45,969 nucleotides of DNA. Source: an uncultured Candidatus Cloacimonadota bacterium (GTDB lineage Bacteria; Cloacimonadota; Cloacimonadia; Cloacimonadales; TCS61). The translations under genes were made by a program, and so were the position numbers. The notes below the pieces were generated by a model. The model ran no database searches and was not told where the DNA came from. It saw only the letters and a program-made list of their open reading frames with translations. The stretch covers positions 1 to 45,969 of the forward strand of contig CAZUGB010000225.1 in the NCBI GenBank assembly GCA_964619925.1. The letters are read 5' to 3'. Below, in pieces: positions 9,522-19,775 of the stretch; within the stretch, counting starts at the first letter, position 1; the number at the start of each line of letters is the position of its first letter.

Positions 9522-10724
9522 TTAGACCTCAATTTTTTTGCGAAGAATACCCATTTTTCGGGGAATAAAAGGTAATTCCAGTTTTACAATTGTATTCGGT
9601 TTGGTAAATTGCAATTTATTCCCTTCTTGATCAATAATTTTATTTATTACGAATTTTTTATCATCTTTCAAATCGGGAAAAATCATTTCGACCGTATCCC
9701 CCGAAAAGAATTTGTTTCTCACATCCAACAAAGCGTTATTATCCATTGTGTCTATGATATATCCCAATACCTTGTGGGTTCTTACGTATGAAGAAGTTTT
9801 GTAATATTGCGTTTTGGTGGAATCAAAGCTATCAAAAAAAGCATGTGTGTATGTTCTGTGACTAACTTTGTCCAATTCTTCATAAAGTTTTTTATCGGAC
9901 AGAATATTTTTATCCAAATTATCAAGGGCTTTTCGATATGTTCTCACTACATTGGCTACGTAGTATATACTTTTCATTCTGCCTTCAATTTTTATGCTCG
10001 AAATGCCTGCATCTTTTATTTCCTGCAATCTGTCAATCAGACATAAGTCCTTGGAATTTAGGATATATGTGCCGTAATCATCTTCTACAATGGGAAAATA
10101 TTCACCCGGGCGTTTTTCTTCCATTAGATGATATTTCCATCGGCAAGGCTGTGAACAATCTCCCAAATTTGCGTGTCTTCCGTTTAGAAATGCACTTAGC
10201 AAACATCTGCCGGAATAAGACATACACATAGCACCGTGAACAAACATCTCCAATTCCATTTCGGGAACCTTGTCTTTGATTTCCTTTATTTCGTCTATCG
10301 TAAGTTCCCGTGCCAAAATTACTCGTTCGGCTCCCATTTTGTGCCAAAATTTTACGGAACGCCAACTTGTAACGTTTGCTTGTGTGCTAATATGAACGGG
10401 AATATCGGTAGCAATTTCACGAGCCAATTCAAATATCGCAGGGTCGGATATTATCAAAGCGTCAGGTTTTATCGATTCCAAAAAAGAAAGATAATCTTCT
10501 AATTCGGGTATATGCCGATTGTGAGCAAAGATATTTACCGTGATATATATCTTTTTGTTTGAAGCATGAACCAAATTAATCGCTTCTTTTAGCTCTTCAT
10601 CGGTAAAATTTAAACTTTTGGCTCGTAATCCGAATTTTTTTCCGGCAGCATATACCGCATCAGCTCCGTAATGTATGGCGTATTTTAATTTTTCTAAACT
10701 TCCCGCCGGTGATAATAACTCCAT
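9522..10724 (-). CDS. U32-family protein (peptidase U32 / Fe-S dependent anaerobic RNA or quinone hydroxylase family)
   Basis: N-terminal [18 protein letters not shown]. Exact U32 signature E-x-F-x2-G-A-M-C-x4-G-x-C-x-L-S ([19 protein letters not shown]), plus the downstream Cys pair DCSQPC giving four Cys. Confidence 0.88.
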   Translation of the reverse strand: MELLSPAGSLEKLKYAIHYGADAVYAAGKKFGLRAKSLNFTDEELKEAINLVHASNKKIYITVNIFAHNRHIPELEDYLSFLESIKPDALIISDPAIFELAREIATDIPVHISTQANVTSWRSVKFWHKMGAERVILARELTIDEIKEIKDKVPEMELEMFVHGAMCMSYSGRCLLSAFLNGRHANLGDCSQPCRWKYHLMEEKRPGEYFPIVEDDYGTYILNSKDLCLIDRLQEIKDAGISSIKIEGRMKSIYYVANVVRTYRKALDNLDKNILSDKKLYEELDKVSHRTYTHAFFDSFDSTKTQYYKTSSYVRTHKVLGYIIDTMDNNALLDVRNKFFSGDTVEMIFPDLKDDKKFVINKIIDQEGNKLQFTKPNTIVKLELPFIPRKMGILRKKIEV

Positions 10725-10727
10725 ATT

Positions 10728-12011
10728 TTATTTGCTTACTATTTTAAGAAATTCCTCGTTATTTTTTGTAACTTTCATTTTACCGATAATTGTTTCCAAA
10801 CCTTGTAGCGGGCTTAACGATTTGAGATATTGTCTGATAACTATCATCATTTTCAATTCGTGTTTACTAAGCAAAAGCTCTTCTCTTCTGGTTCCGGATT
10901 TGATAAGATCGATAGCGGGGAATAAACGCATATCGCTAAGGCTTCTTTCCAAAACAAGTTCCATATTTCCGGTGCCTTTAAATTCTTCAAAAATTACCTG
11001 ATCCATTCTACTTCCCGTATCCACAAGTGCCGTAGCGATTATTGTGAGCGAGCCTTTTTCTTTTGTATTTCTTGCCGAACCGAAAAATTTCTTGGGTTTG
11101 TGCAAAGAATTGGAATCCAAACCGCCGGATAGCACTCTTCCGCTGGAAGGTGTAACCATATTATAGGCTCTTGCCAATCTTGTGATACTATCAAGCATAA
11201 TTACCACATCTTTTCCCACTTCCACCATTCTTTTGGCTCTTTCCAAAGTCATCTCGGCAACTTGAACATGATTTCTGGGAACTTCGTCGAAAGTGGAACT
11301 GATAACTTCCGAATTACCTTTTATAAGTATCTCTTTCATCTCGGTAACCTCTTCCGGACGTTCGTCAACCAAAAGAACGATAACATGCACTTCGGGGTGA
11401 TTTGTGAGAATGGCATTAGCTATTTTTTGCATCAAAACGGTTTTACCGGTTCTGGGTGCCGCTACTATCAGTCCTCTTTGACCTTTGCCGATAGGTGTAA
11501 AAAGATTGATAATTCTGGTGGAAATATCTTCCTCTTTTGTTTCGAGATTTAATTTTTCTTTGGGATAATAAGGCGTGAGCCTATCAAAATGCATGATATT
11601 TCTAATTGTATTTGGTGACATGCCGTTTATGGTATCCACGCGGATAAGTGCAAAATATTTTTCGTCGTCTTTCGGGGCTCTTACCGGACCCGAAACCATA
11701 TGTCCTTTTTTCATACCGAATTTTTTTATTTGTGCGCTACTTACGTAAACATCGTTTCTTCCCTGAGTGTAATTGTATTTGGGAAATCTTAAAAAACCGT
11801 ATCCGTCGTCAACAACTTCCAAAGCACCCTTTACATATGCAAGTCCTTCTTTTCCGGCTTTTAATTCAAAATATCTATCAATTAAATCTTCTTTGGATAA
11901 TTTTTTAAATTCTTTTATATCAATTTCAAATTTTCCAAGTTCTTTTAGAATTTCCTTTTCGTTCATGGAAAAAATGTCTTTTTGTTTGTTAGAATTGTTG
12001 TTTGTAGTCAT
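10728..12011 (-). CDS. rho: Transcription termination factor Rho
   Basis: RNA-binding [20 protein letters not shown], Walker [19 protein letters not shown]. 427 aa. AAGAGG RBS. Confidence 0.97.
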   Translation of the reverse strand: MTTNNNSNKQKDIFSMNEKEILKELGKFEIDIKEFKKLSKEDLIDRYFELKAGKEGLAYVKGALEVVDDGYGFLRFPKYNYTQGRNDVYVSSAQIKKFGMKKGHMVSGPVRAPKDDEKYFALIRVDTINGMSPNTIRNIMHFDRLTPYYPKEKLNLETKEEDISTRIINLFTPIGKGQRGLIVAAPRTGKTVLMQKIANAILTNHPEVHVIVLLVDERPEEVTEMKEILIKGNSEVISSTFDEVPRNHVQVAEMTLERAKRMVEVGKDVVIMLDSITRLARAYNMVTPSSGRVLSGGLDSNSLHKPKKFFGSARNTKEKGSLTIIATALVDTGSRMDQVIFEEFKGTGNMELVLERSLSDMRLFPAIDLIKSGTRREELLLSKHELKMMIVIRQYLKSLSPLQGLETIIGKMKVTKNNEEFLKIVSK

Positions 12012-12023
12012 AAAAAACCTCTT

Positions 12024-12962
12024 TTAATTTTTTAATATTTTTTCCATAGCTTTTAACGAGCCCAAAAGTGATGTGGCTTCATAAGGAAGAACCACTGTTT
12101 TATCACCTTTTTGAATAAGTTTGTCAAAAGCTTGGATATATTTTAATGTCAAAAGATATTGAGCCGGATCTGTGGTAGTGGAAAGAACCGCTTCGGATAT
12201 TTTTTTTATTGCGGTAGCTTCTCCTTCGGCTCTTAAAATTCTGGCTTGAGCTTCTCCTTGTGCTTTTGTGATACTGGCACCTTTTTCACCTTCGGCAACC
12301 AATATTTTGGATTGTTTGATACCTTCCGCTTCCAATATTTTTGCTCTTCTGTCTCTTTCGGCTCTCATTTGTTTTTCCATTGCCTGTCTTATTTCTGCCG
12401 GCGGATTGATGTCTTGAAGTTCCACTCTGTTTACTTTTACTCCCCATTTGTCTGTGGCTTCGTCCAGAATATCTCGCAATTTCGAATTTATCGTATCTCG
12501 TGAAGTAAGGGTTTTGTCGAGATCCAGTTCGCCTATCACATTACGCAATGTAGTTTGGGTGAGTTTTTCAATGGCATCGGGTAGGTTATTTATCTCATAT
12601 ACCGCCTTAATCGGGTCTGTAATTTGGAAATATAAGAGTGCGTTTATTTCAATGGAAACGTTATCCGCCGTTATCACATTTTGACGCGGAAAATCATAAA
12701 CCGTTTCTCTTAAATCGATTCTACGCTCCAATCGGTTGATTACATAGCTGTTACCCTGAAAATCCGTTTTTACATAACGCCAACGAATGGCTCTGGGTTT
12801 ATCCACAATAGGCCAAATAATATGCAAACCGCTATCCAATGTTCTGTGGTATTTACCCAATCTTTCGATAAGAACCACTTGTGCCTGTTTTACAACAATC
12901 AAACCCTTTAAAAGGATTGAAACCACCAAAACTATTAAAATTAAAATAAGGAATGTTGTCAT
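12024..12962 (-). CDS. SPFH/band-7 (stomatin-like) membrane protein
   Basis: N-terminal TM helix, then VVKQAQVVLIERLGKYHRTL..ITADNVSIEINALLYFQITDP and an Ala/Glu-rich coiled C-terminal part (RAKILEAEGIKQSKILVAEGE). Forms the classical pair with the upstream NfeD gene. Confidence 0.9.
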   Translation of the reverse strand: MTTFLILILIVLVVSILLKGLIVVKQAQVVLIERLGKYHRTLDSGLHIIWPIVDKPRAIRWRYVKTDFQGNSYVINRLERRIDLRETVYDFPRQNVITADNVSIEINALLYFQITDPIKAVYEINNLPDAIEKLTQTTLRNVIGELDLDKTLTSRDTINSKLRDILDEATDKWGVKVNRVELQDINPPAEIRQAMEKQMRAERDRRAKILEAEGIKQSKILVAEGEKGASITKAQGEAQARILRAEGEATAIKKISEAVLSTTTDPAQYLLTLKYIQAFDKLIQKGDKTVVLPYEATSLLGSLKAMEKILKN

Positions 12963-13396
12963 TTTTCCTCCTCTAACTTTTCTACAATAACCTTATTGCC
13001 TTCCACTTTTCTAACTACTACGATAGAATCTTTTTCAATATCATCTTCATTTACGGAAATTGCAGACCAAATTTCGCCGTTTATCTTCACATAACCGCGT
13101 GTGGTTTTAGTTATATCTTTGGTTACCATACCCTTTTTGCCTATCAGGGCGTAAACGTTTGTGGGTTTGTCTGTCGTTTTAAAAATTTTTTTGCTTAATT
13201 TTTTCATATTTATAAAGATGAGAAACGAGATGATAATAAATACAATAGCCTGAATAAAAACATTAGATACAACCAACGCAAATAAGCCTGTGAGTATGGC
13301 ACTCATTCCGATGCTCATAAAGAAAAATCCGGGCGTAAAAATTTCTATGATTACACAGGCTATACCTATTATAATCCAAATCATCCACAACGACAT
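12959..13396 (-). CDS. NfeD-family membrane protein (stomatin partner)
   Basis: Three or four N-terminal TM helices plus a C-terminal OB-like GYVKINGEIWSAIS..IVVVRKVEGNKVIV. 4-nt overlap with the SPFH gene. Confidence 0.85.
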   Translation of the reverse strand: MSLWMIWIIIGIACVIIEIFTPGFFFMSIGMSAILTGLFALVVSNVFIQAIVFIIISFLIFINMKKLSKKIFKTTDKPTNVYALIGKKGMVTKDITKTTRGYVKINGEIWSAISVNEDDIEKDSIVVVRKVEGNKVIVEKLEEEK

Positions 13397-13419
13397 ATTA
13401 CCCCCTCTATTATAAGATT

Positions 13420-14316
13420 TTAATCATCTTCTCTTTGTGGTGATTCTTTGTCTTTGTATATTCTTTTTACTCTTTTTATACCGCTTTTGCCGTAATATCC
13501 TTTGTTATAATTATATTTATACGAACCGGAAGATGCAGTGGCCGTTTTTATACCTACCTTTTTCATAAGGAACAAAATCAAAGCCGTAAAGAAATATAAA
13601 ATAAATCCCAAAATGGATAATGCTATCATACTGGCTATGAGAGCTAACATAAAAACTTTAATCGATGTGGAAAGATTATTTACGTTTATGTTTTTGTATG
13701 CCGAAAGTAGCACGATATTTTGTTTTGAGTTTATTTTTGTTAATGTATCAATACTTTTTAACGAATCTATTTCGGCTTGAATTTTATTTAATTGTTTTTG
13801 ATAATTGGTAAATCGGTCAGGCGAAATTCTTTTTGATTTCAATGCCGTAATAATGGTTTCTTTTGCCAAAATAGCATTTTGAAGATGTTCTTTGATATCT
13901 ATTTTTGTGGTTTTTTGCGGTGTTGTGATAATGTTTTCTTCGTTTGGCATTTTTATTTGTCGTAAATTTGTAATAAAATCGGAATACAAGCTATCCGGAA
14001 TTTGGATAATTGCTGTAAAATAAAGCGGTTTTTTTTCTACGTATATTGTTTTGCCATATTTGGAAACCAAAGAATTTATTGCATCGATATTATTATCTTC
14101 TTTGCCTTCGGTAATTATGATTTTTATCTTTTTGTAGTTTCTGGCATTATTAAATAATTTCATTGCATATTCAAGATTCGGTCGTACTTGTCTATTTTTA
14201 AATCCGGAAAAAATATGTGACCATTTTGCCGCTAAATAAAATGAAATAAAAAAGATTATAAAAATAATGAAAAATTTTGTTTCTCTTCTCAATCTGAACA
14301 TAACCATTTTAATCAC
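13420..14316 (-). CDS. Hypothetical membrane protein (N-terminal TM, coiled coil, C-terminal TM pair, basic tail; DUF4349-like architecture)
   Basis: No motif recognised. Topology inferred from hydrophobic segments FFIIFIIFFISFYL and VFMLALIASMIALSILGFILYFFTALILFL. Overlaps the recN stop by 4 nt. Confidence 0.55.
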   Translation of the reverse strand: MIKMVMFRLRRETKFFIIFIIFFISFYLAAKWSHIFSGFKNRQVRPNLEYAMKLFNNARNYKKIKIIITEGKEDNNIDAINSLVSKYGKTIYVEKKPLYFTAIIQIPDSLYSDFITNLRQIKMPNEENIITTPQKTTKIDIKEHLQNAILAKETIITALKSKRISPDRFTNYQKQLNKIQAEIDSLKSIDTLTKINSKQNIVLLSAYKNINVNNLSTSIKVFMLALIASMIALSILGFILYFFTALILFLMKKVGIKTATASSGSYKYNYNKGYYGKSGIKRVKRIYKDKESPQREDD

Positions 14317-15995
14317 TCCTTTCGATTTAATATTTCTTTTGCATGATTAATTGCACTATCCGAAGTGTTTCCCGATAGCATTCGTGCAATTTCCAATATT
14401 CTTTTATTTTTTTCTAAATTTTCTATCTTAATCAATGTTTTATTTTTTTGATTTACTTTATCTATTTTTATATGCATATCCGCATATGCGGCAATTTGCG
14501 CAAGATGAGTTATACAAATTACCTGTGTTTTTTGAGAAATATCTCCGATGAATTTTCCTGTTACTTTGGCCGTTTTACCTCCGATACCGGCATCAATTTC
14601 ATCAAAGATCAGGGTTTTTTCTTTTAGTTTTTCGGCTAAAATTTTTTTTATGGAAAGAACTATTCGGGAAAGTTCTCCCCCGGATGCCGAAGATTTTAGG
14701 GTTTTGGCATCCTTTCCACGGTTTGCCGAAAATAGAAAATCCACACTATCAAAGCCTTTTAACGAAGGAATTTCTAAGCCGTTAAATATTTCTTTTGATA
14801 TAGGTTTTTTGTCAATTTTTATTTTAAATTGTGCATCGGGTATGGATAGCCGTTTCAGATTATTGCAAATTTCCTCTTCAAACAAGGGGGCATATTTCTT
14901 TCTCTTGGTGGATAATTGTTTTGCTATCTCCATTAATTTATTAATCTTATCTTTTAATTCTTCTTTTTGTTTGTCTATATTTTCTTTATCGGTTTGAAAG
15001 TTATTTATCTGTGTTTCGATTTCTTTTTGGTATTCAATCAGTTCACGGGAATTTTTTTTGTATTTGCTTTTCAGCTCGTTAATCAAATCCAATCTTTCGG
15101 TAATTTCTTCCAATCTTTCTTTATCCACAAAAATAATGTCTTCGGCGTTTCGGGTAAGATTATTTAGCGAGTCCAAATTTTCGGCAATATTTTTAAGATA
15201 GTCCAAACTTTCTTTTACAATGTCCACTTCCGAAAAGTTATCCAATAGATGTATTTTTTGATAAATAATATCATATAAAGAAGTTTCCGATTCGTAAAAT
15301 TGATAGTTAATTTCCGAAAAGATATTTAAAATGTCCTCGGCATATGTGAGAGTTTTTAATTCTTTTTCCAAAATTTCATCTTCGTTTTCTGTTAATTGTG
15401 CTTGTTTCAATTCTTCCAGTTGGTATTTGTAAAGTTCGATTTTATCGGCTTTTTCCTTTTCTTTGCGAATAGAATCTTTCAAAGATTTTGCAAAAGAAAT
15501 TATCTTATAATAAAGTTTTTTGTAGCTTTCCAACAAATTTTCATTATTTGAATACAAATCCAAAAGATGCATTTGAAAATCGGGATTTAAATAGTTAAGA
15601 TGATTGTGTTGAGAATGAAAATCCAAAAGTAAATCTTTGAACTCGGCTACAATATCATGTGTAAACCTACGACCGTTTATAAAACTTTTTCGTTTGTTAT
15701 CGGGATAAAATTCCCTTGATATAAAAATTTCGTTGTTCTCCGGTTTTATATCATATTTTTCAAATAACTCATTGTGGATATTTTTTATGGAAAAAGTGGC
15801 TTCAAGATAGGCTTTTTGGGATGCATCAAGTAGGACATCTTTTTTGGTTTTTTTATCGAAAATGGCGTTTATCGCACCTATGATAACCGATTTGCCGGTT
15901 CCCGTTTCTCCCGTAATCACATTTAGTCCGTTTGCAAAATTCAACTCCAAATCTTTAACCAAGATAAAATTGCTTATCTTTAAAGAGAGTATCAT
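14313..15995 (-). CDS. recN: DNA repair protein RecN
   Basis: MILSLKISNF..GLNVITGETGTGKSVIIGAI (Walker A), a long coiled coil, signature SGGELSR, Walker B LIFDEIDAGIGG. Confidence 0.95.
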   Translation of the reverse strand: MILSLKISNFILVKDLELNFANGLNVITGETGTGKSVIIGAINAIFDKKTKKDVLLDASQKAYLEATFSIKNIHNELFEKYDIKPENNEIFISREFYPDNKRKSFINGRRFTHDIVAEFKDLLLDFHSQHNHLNYLNPDFQMHLLDLYSNNENLLESYKKLYYKIISFAKSLKDSIRKEKEKADKIELYKYQLEELKQAQLTENEDEILEKELKTLTYAEDILNIFSEINYQFYESETSLYDIIYQKIHLLDNFSEVDIVKESLDYLKNIAENLDSLNNLTRNAEDIIFVDKERLEEITERLDLINELKSKYKKNSRELIEYQKEIETQINNFQTDKENIDKQKEELKDKINKLMEIAKQLSTKRKKYAPLFEEEICNNLKRLSIPDAQFKIKIDKKPISKEIFNGLEIPSLKGFDSVDFLFSANRGKDAKTLKSSASGGELSRIVLSIKKILAEKLKEKTLIFDEIDAGIGGKTAKVTGKFIGDISQKTQVICITHLAQIAAYADMHIKIDKVNQKNKTLIKIENLEKNKRILEIARMLSGNTSDSAINHAKEILNRKE

Positions 15996-16831
15996 TTTTT
16001 ACCCATGTGAAGTTTTTTACGTAAAATTTGATAAAATGTCCGATTTCCCAATTTTACAAAATTAACCCTTTTGTCCGAAGCCGTGGTTACAATAATGTCA
16101 TCCGGTTTTAATTCCATTGTGTTTTTTCCGTCGATTTGCAAAAGACCCTCTTTGTATGTGCGAATGCTTATTATATCCGTGGAAGAAAATACCATCGGGC
16201 GAACGGTGAGAACATGCGGATTTAGGGGGGCTACCACAATAGCGTCCATAACGGGCGAAAGAATGGGACCGCCTGCGGAAAGCGAATATGCCGTAGAACC
16301 GGTGGGTGTGGAAATTATCAGTCCGTCACATCTGGTTTCCACCACGCTTCGCTTGTTGCTATAAATTGATATATCCATAAGTTTGGGCGTTATACCTCTG
16401 TAAATAACAACGTCGTTAAGAGCCAAACCGTCAGAGTAGATTGTTTTTTTCTCTCGCTTTACCAATACCTTCAAAAGCATTCTACTTTGAATTTTGTATT
16501 TGTTTTGAATAAGTGATTTGATAAATCGCTCCAATTCTTCCGGCGTGATTTCGGATAAAAAACCCAAATTACCTGTATTTACTCCTAAAATGGGGGCATT
16601 ATATTTTATGGCAAATTCTTTGGCTCGCAAAATCGTTCCGTCACCACCGAACACAATGATAATATCAATTGTCTTATCGGTATCTTTTTGAACAAATTCG
16701 GGAAAATTGTTTTCTTTGCAGAGCGCTACAAAATTTACACTATGTTCTTGATATAATTTTTTTAGTATATGATTAATCTTATCGCCTATATCCTTATCAA
16801 AAGGGTTTACAAACAAACCGAAATTTTTCAT
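15992..16831 (-). CDS. nadK: NAD+ kinase
   Basis: GGDGTILRA motif, NxGxLGFL (NTGNLGFL), and the C-terminal STPTGSTAYSLSAGGPI motif. Confidence 0.95.
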   Translation of the reverse strand: MKNFGLFVNPFDKDIGDKINHILKKLYQEHSVNFVALCKENNFPEFVQKDTDKTIDIIIVFGGDGTILRAKEFAIKYNAPILGVNTGNLGFLSEITPEELERFIKSLIQNKYKIQSRMLLKVLVKREKKTIYSDGLALNDVVIYRGITPKLMDISIYSNKRSVVETRCDGLIISTPTGSTAYSLSAGGPILSPVMDAIVVAPLNPHVLTVRPMVFSSTDIISIRTYKEGLLQIDGKNTMELKPDDIIVTTASDKRVNFVKLGNRTFYQILRKKLHMGKK

Positions 16832-17898
16832 TATACCTTCAAAGAATCATAAATCCTTAAATAGGAGTGATAACGTTCTTTTAAAATTTCTCCTTTTGCC
16901 AAAGCCGATTTAACCGCACACTGCTCTTCGTGAATATGTGTACAATCGGAAAATTTACAAATCGGGTGATAAACTTTAAAGCCGGGAAAGATTTTCGGGA
17001 TTTTATCAATATCCTTATGATTTAAAGTAAATGTTTTTATTCCCGGGGTATCTATCAAAAATCCGCCGAAATCCCACATCAGCATTTTGGATGTGGTGGT
17101 AGTGTGGGTGCCTTTGGAAGTATGTTGGCTCACATCGGATACTTTTAAATTCAGTCCGGGTTGCAAAGCATTAATCAGCGAAGATTTACCCACTCCCGAA
17201 TGTCCTGAAAAAACACTGATTTTGTTTTTTAATATCTCTTTTAATTTATCCAATCCTTCACCTGTTTTTGCGGATACAAAAATCGTGGTAAATCCGAATT
17301 TGTTATAATAGGCTATGTTTTCTTTAAAGGATGTATCTTCTTTGTAAAGATCAAATTTATTTATACAAATTATAGGTGTGATATTTTCTATTTCCGCAGC
17401 ACAAATATATCGATCTATCAAACCGAAATTAACAGCGGGTTCTTTGTATGAAACGGTTATAATCAATTGGTCGATATTTGAGGCTATGATTATTTCCTTT
17501 TGAATTTTACCTTCGCTAAAGCGTGATATTTGAGATTTTCTATCAAGGATTTCTTCTATTCGGGGTTGAGATGACAAATCGATTTTTACCAAATCTCCCA
17601 CTGCCACGATATTTCTGCTTTCAAAAGCGATTTGTTTTAGTCTGCCGCTTAATATTGCATCATAAATTTTATTTTCGCAAAGGACTTCCGCTTTGTAATT
17701 CGATTTGATTTTTAATATTCTACCTACTTTAAGATTTAATCCCGATTTTTTGCTGGTTTTGTATTTTTCCAAAATTTTGGATGTCGTTTTATCGGCAATA
17801 TGGTTATCTTCATCTTCGAAAATATCCATATCGGAAATGCTGATGTTCTTAATTCTAACGTCGTTTCTTTTAAATTCTTTTTTATCTTTTTTCTTCAT
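16831..17898 (-). CDS. rsgA: Ribosome small-subunit biogenesis GTPase RsgA (YjeQ)
   Basis: Circularly permuted GTPase motifs (NKFDL .. GHSGVGKSSLINAL .. DTPG) and a C-terminal zinc knuckle CKFSDCTHIHEEQCAV. Confidence 0.93.
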   Translation of the reverse strand: MKKKDKKEFKRNDVRIKNISISDMDIFEDEDNHIADKTTSKILEKYKTSKKSGLNLKVGRILKIKSNYKAEVLCENKIYDAILSGRLKQIAFESRNIVAVGDLVKIDLSSQPRIEEILDRKSQISRFSEGKIQKEIIIASNIDQLIITVSYKEPAVNFGLIDRYICAAEIENITPIICINKFDLYKEDTSFKENIAYYNKFGFTTIFVSAKTGEGLDKLKEILKNKISVFSGHSGVGKSSLINALQPGLNLKVSDVSQHTSKGTHTTTTSKMLMWDFGGFLIDTPGIKTFTLNHKDIDKIPKIFPGFKVYHPICKFSDCTHIHEEQCAVKSALAKGEILKERYHSYLRIYDSLKV

Positions 17899-17901
17899 AT
17901 T

Positions 17902-18843
17902 TTAATAAAAAACCGTATTTTCCTTGAAACGCGCTCCTATATAAAAAGCATAAGCGTTCATAATCTTTTTCCCCGCCGGTTGCAATTTTGTGAGAATAAT
18001 GTCGTTTGTTCCGGTAGCAACTCGGATTCCGTAATTTTTGATGATTTTAACAACCGTACCGGGTTTTCGAGTACTTTTATCAGTGGTTTTATCCGCTTTG
18101 ATCGCCTTGATTTTCTTATCGTTGTATATAAAAAATGCTCCGGGTTTTTCGGATAATCCTCTGATTTTATTATAAATCGTATTGGCGCTATCGTTCCAAT
18201 TTATTTTCAGATCTTCTTTCTCTATTTTTTTTGTATAGGATGCTTTTTCGTCATCTTGATGAATAAAGATTACGTTGTTTTCTTCGAAAAGATTAATAAC
18301 TTTGATAATATCCTCCGCACCGAGACGAGCCAATTTGTCCGAAAGAGAAGTGTAGTTATCATCCTTTTCTATTTTTATTTTTCTTTGATGAATAATTGGA
18401 CCCGCATCCATTTTTGCCGTTAATTTAAAAATAGTATTTCCTGTGATGTCGTCTCCGTTAAAAAGAGCGTAATTAATCGGGGCGGCGCCTCTGTACAAAG
18501 GCAAAAGAGAGGGGTGCAGATTAATAGATTTATACTTCGGAAGATTTCTTATTTTTTTGCCTAAATAACCGCCATAGGCAACCGTGATAATCAAATCCGG
18601 CGATAGCTCTGCTATTTTTTTTACGGTTTCTTCGGAATTGACATTTTCCGGTTGAATTAACGGTATATTATGTTTTATCGCGATTTTTTTCACTTCCGAG
18701 GGTTGCACCTTTTTGTTTCTGCCTTTTGCTTTGTCCGGTTGTGTAATGCACAAAAGAGGTTTGTAGCCTTCTTTTACCAATTTTTCCAATGTGGGAACGG
18801 CAAATTCGGGGGTTCCCATAAAGATAATTCTTTTAATTTTCAT
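17902..18843 (-). CDS. fmt: Methionyl-tRNA formyltransferase
   Basis: IIFMGTPEFAVPTLEKL, HPSLLPLYRGAAPINYAL. 313 aa. Classic def-fmt pairing. Confidence 0.96.
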   Translation of the reverse strand: MKIKRIIFMGTPEFAVPTLEKLVKEGYKPLLCITQPDKAKGRNKKVQPSEVKKIAIKHNIPLIQPENVNSEETVKKIAELSPDLIITVAYGGYLGKKIRNLPKYKSINLHPSLLPLYRGAAPINYALFNGDDITGNTIFKLTAKMDAGPIIHQRKIKIEKDDNYTSLSDKLARLGAEDIIKVINLFEENNVIFIHQDDEKASYTKKIEKEDLKINWNDSANTIYNKIRGLSEKPGAFFIYNDKKIKAIKADKTTDKSTRKPGTVVKIIKNYGIRVATGTNDIILTKLQPAGKKIMNAYAFYIGARFKENTVFY

Positions 18844-19405
18844 TCGGTTCTTTAAAAATATTTACTCCGTTTTCGTCGGTGGTTTTCATAAGATCCTTTA
18901 ATTTTTTTGCAATCATAATTCTTTTTAGTTTGGGAATCTTATCAATAAATAATATGCCGTTTAGGTGATCATTTTCGTGCTGAATAACTCTGGCAAACAA
19001 ATCGCTAACTTCGTATTTCAAAATTTGTCCTTTCAGATTCATTGCTTCCAATACGACTTTTTTTGCTCGAACCACTTTTTCGAAAATTCCCGGAATGCTC
19101 AAACATCCTTCTTCGGCTTCATCTTCGTCTTCAAAAGAGATAAATTTGGGATTTATCAAAACATAAGGCTTTTTTTTATTTTCTTTTTCACCACCCCAAA
19201 AGGGATCAACCACAAACATTCTGATAGATTTTCCTACCTGAGGTGCCGCTAATCCTATACCGTCTTTTTCATACATCGTATATGTCAAATCAGCGGCAAA
19301 ATCCAATAACTCATCATCTATTTTTTCTATCGGTTTTGCCTTTTGTCGTAATACCTTATCGCCGATAATTCTAATTGGAAGCAGTTTTGGTTTCTTTTGA
19401 CTCAT
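18833..19405 (-). CDS. def: Peptide deformylase
   Basis: Three PDF motifs: GIGLAAPQVG, EGCLSIPG, QHENDHLNG. Confidence 0.96.
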   Translation of the reverse strand: MSQKKPKLLPIRIIGDKVLRQKAKPIEKIDDELLDFAADLTYTMYEKDGIGLAAPQVGKSIRMFVVDPFWGGEKENKKKPYVLINPKFISFEDEDEAEEGCLSIPGIFEKVVRAKKVVLEAMNLKGQILKYEVSDLFARVIQHENDHLNGILFIDKIPKLKRIMIAKKLKDLMKTTDENGVNIFKEPNEN

Positions 19406-19715
19406 TTATCACACCTGCGATGGCTATTCTTTGTATTTCCATTTTTGCGTTTGTGGTTTCGTCTATTCTGATTACAACGGTATTTTTATCTTTTTTGATG
19501 TTTACAATTTTTCCTATTATCCCGCCGTTTGTTATAATTACATCATGAACTTTCAGATTATCAATCATCTTTTGATGTTCTTTTTGTCTTTTTTTGTTCG
19601 GAAGTATTATCATAAAATAAAAAATTACAAATATCAAAAGTAGCGGAATCATTGATACAAAAGTATTCGGTCTTTGTTGTGCCGTATTTGCGGCGGCAAG
19701 TAATATTTGATACAT
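19371..19715 (-). CDS. yajC: Preprotein translocase subunit YajC
   Basis: Single TM plus FYFMIILPNKKRQKEHQKMIDNLKVHDVIITNGGIIGKIVNI, typical of YajC. AGGAG RBS. 3' end overlaps def by 35 nt. Confidence 0.9.
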   Translation of the reverse strand: MYQILLAAANTAQQRPNTFVSMIPLLLIFVIFYFMIILPNKKRQKEHQKMIDNLKVHDVIITNGGIIGKIVNIKKDKNTVVIRIDETTNAKMEIQRIAIAGVINESKETKTASN

Positions 19716-19747
19716 ATTTTCTCCTGTTCAGCATTTTTTTATATTAA

Positions 19748-19775
19748 AGTATAAGATAAATACAAGTTAAAGCAA
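19748..19775 (-). promoter_or_regulatory. Putative sigma70-type promoter of the yajC..mutS gene string
   Basis: On the minus strand, TTGCTT-N16-TATACT (TTGCTT is the complement of 19770-19775; TATACT is the complement of 19748-19753). It lies ~30 nt upstream of the yajC ATG. By eye only. Confidence 0.4.
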
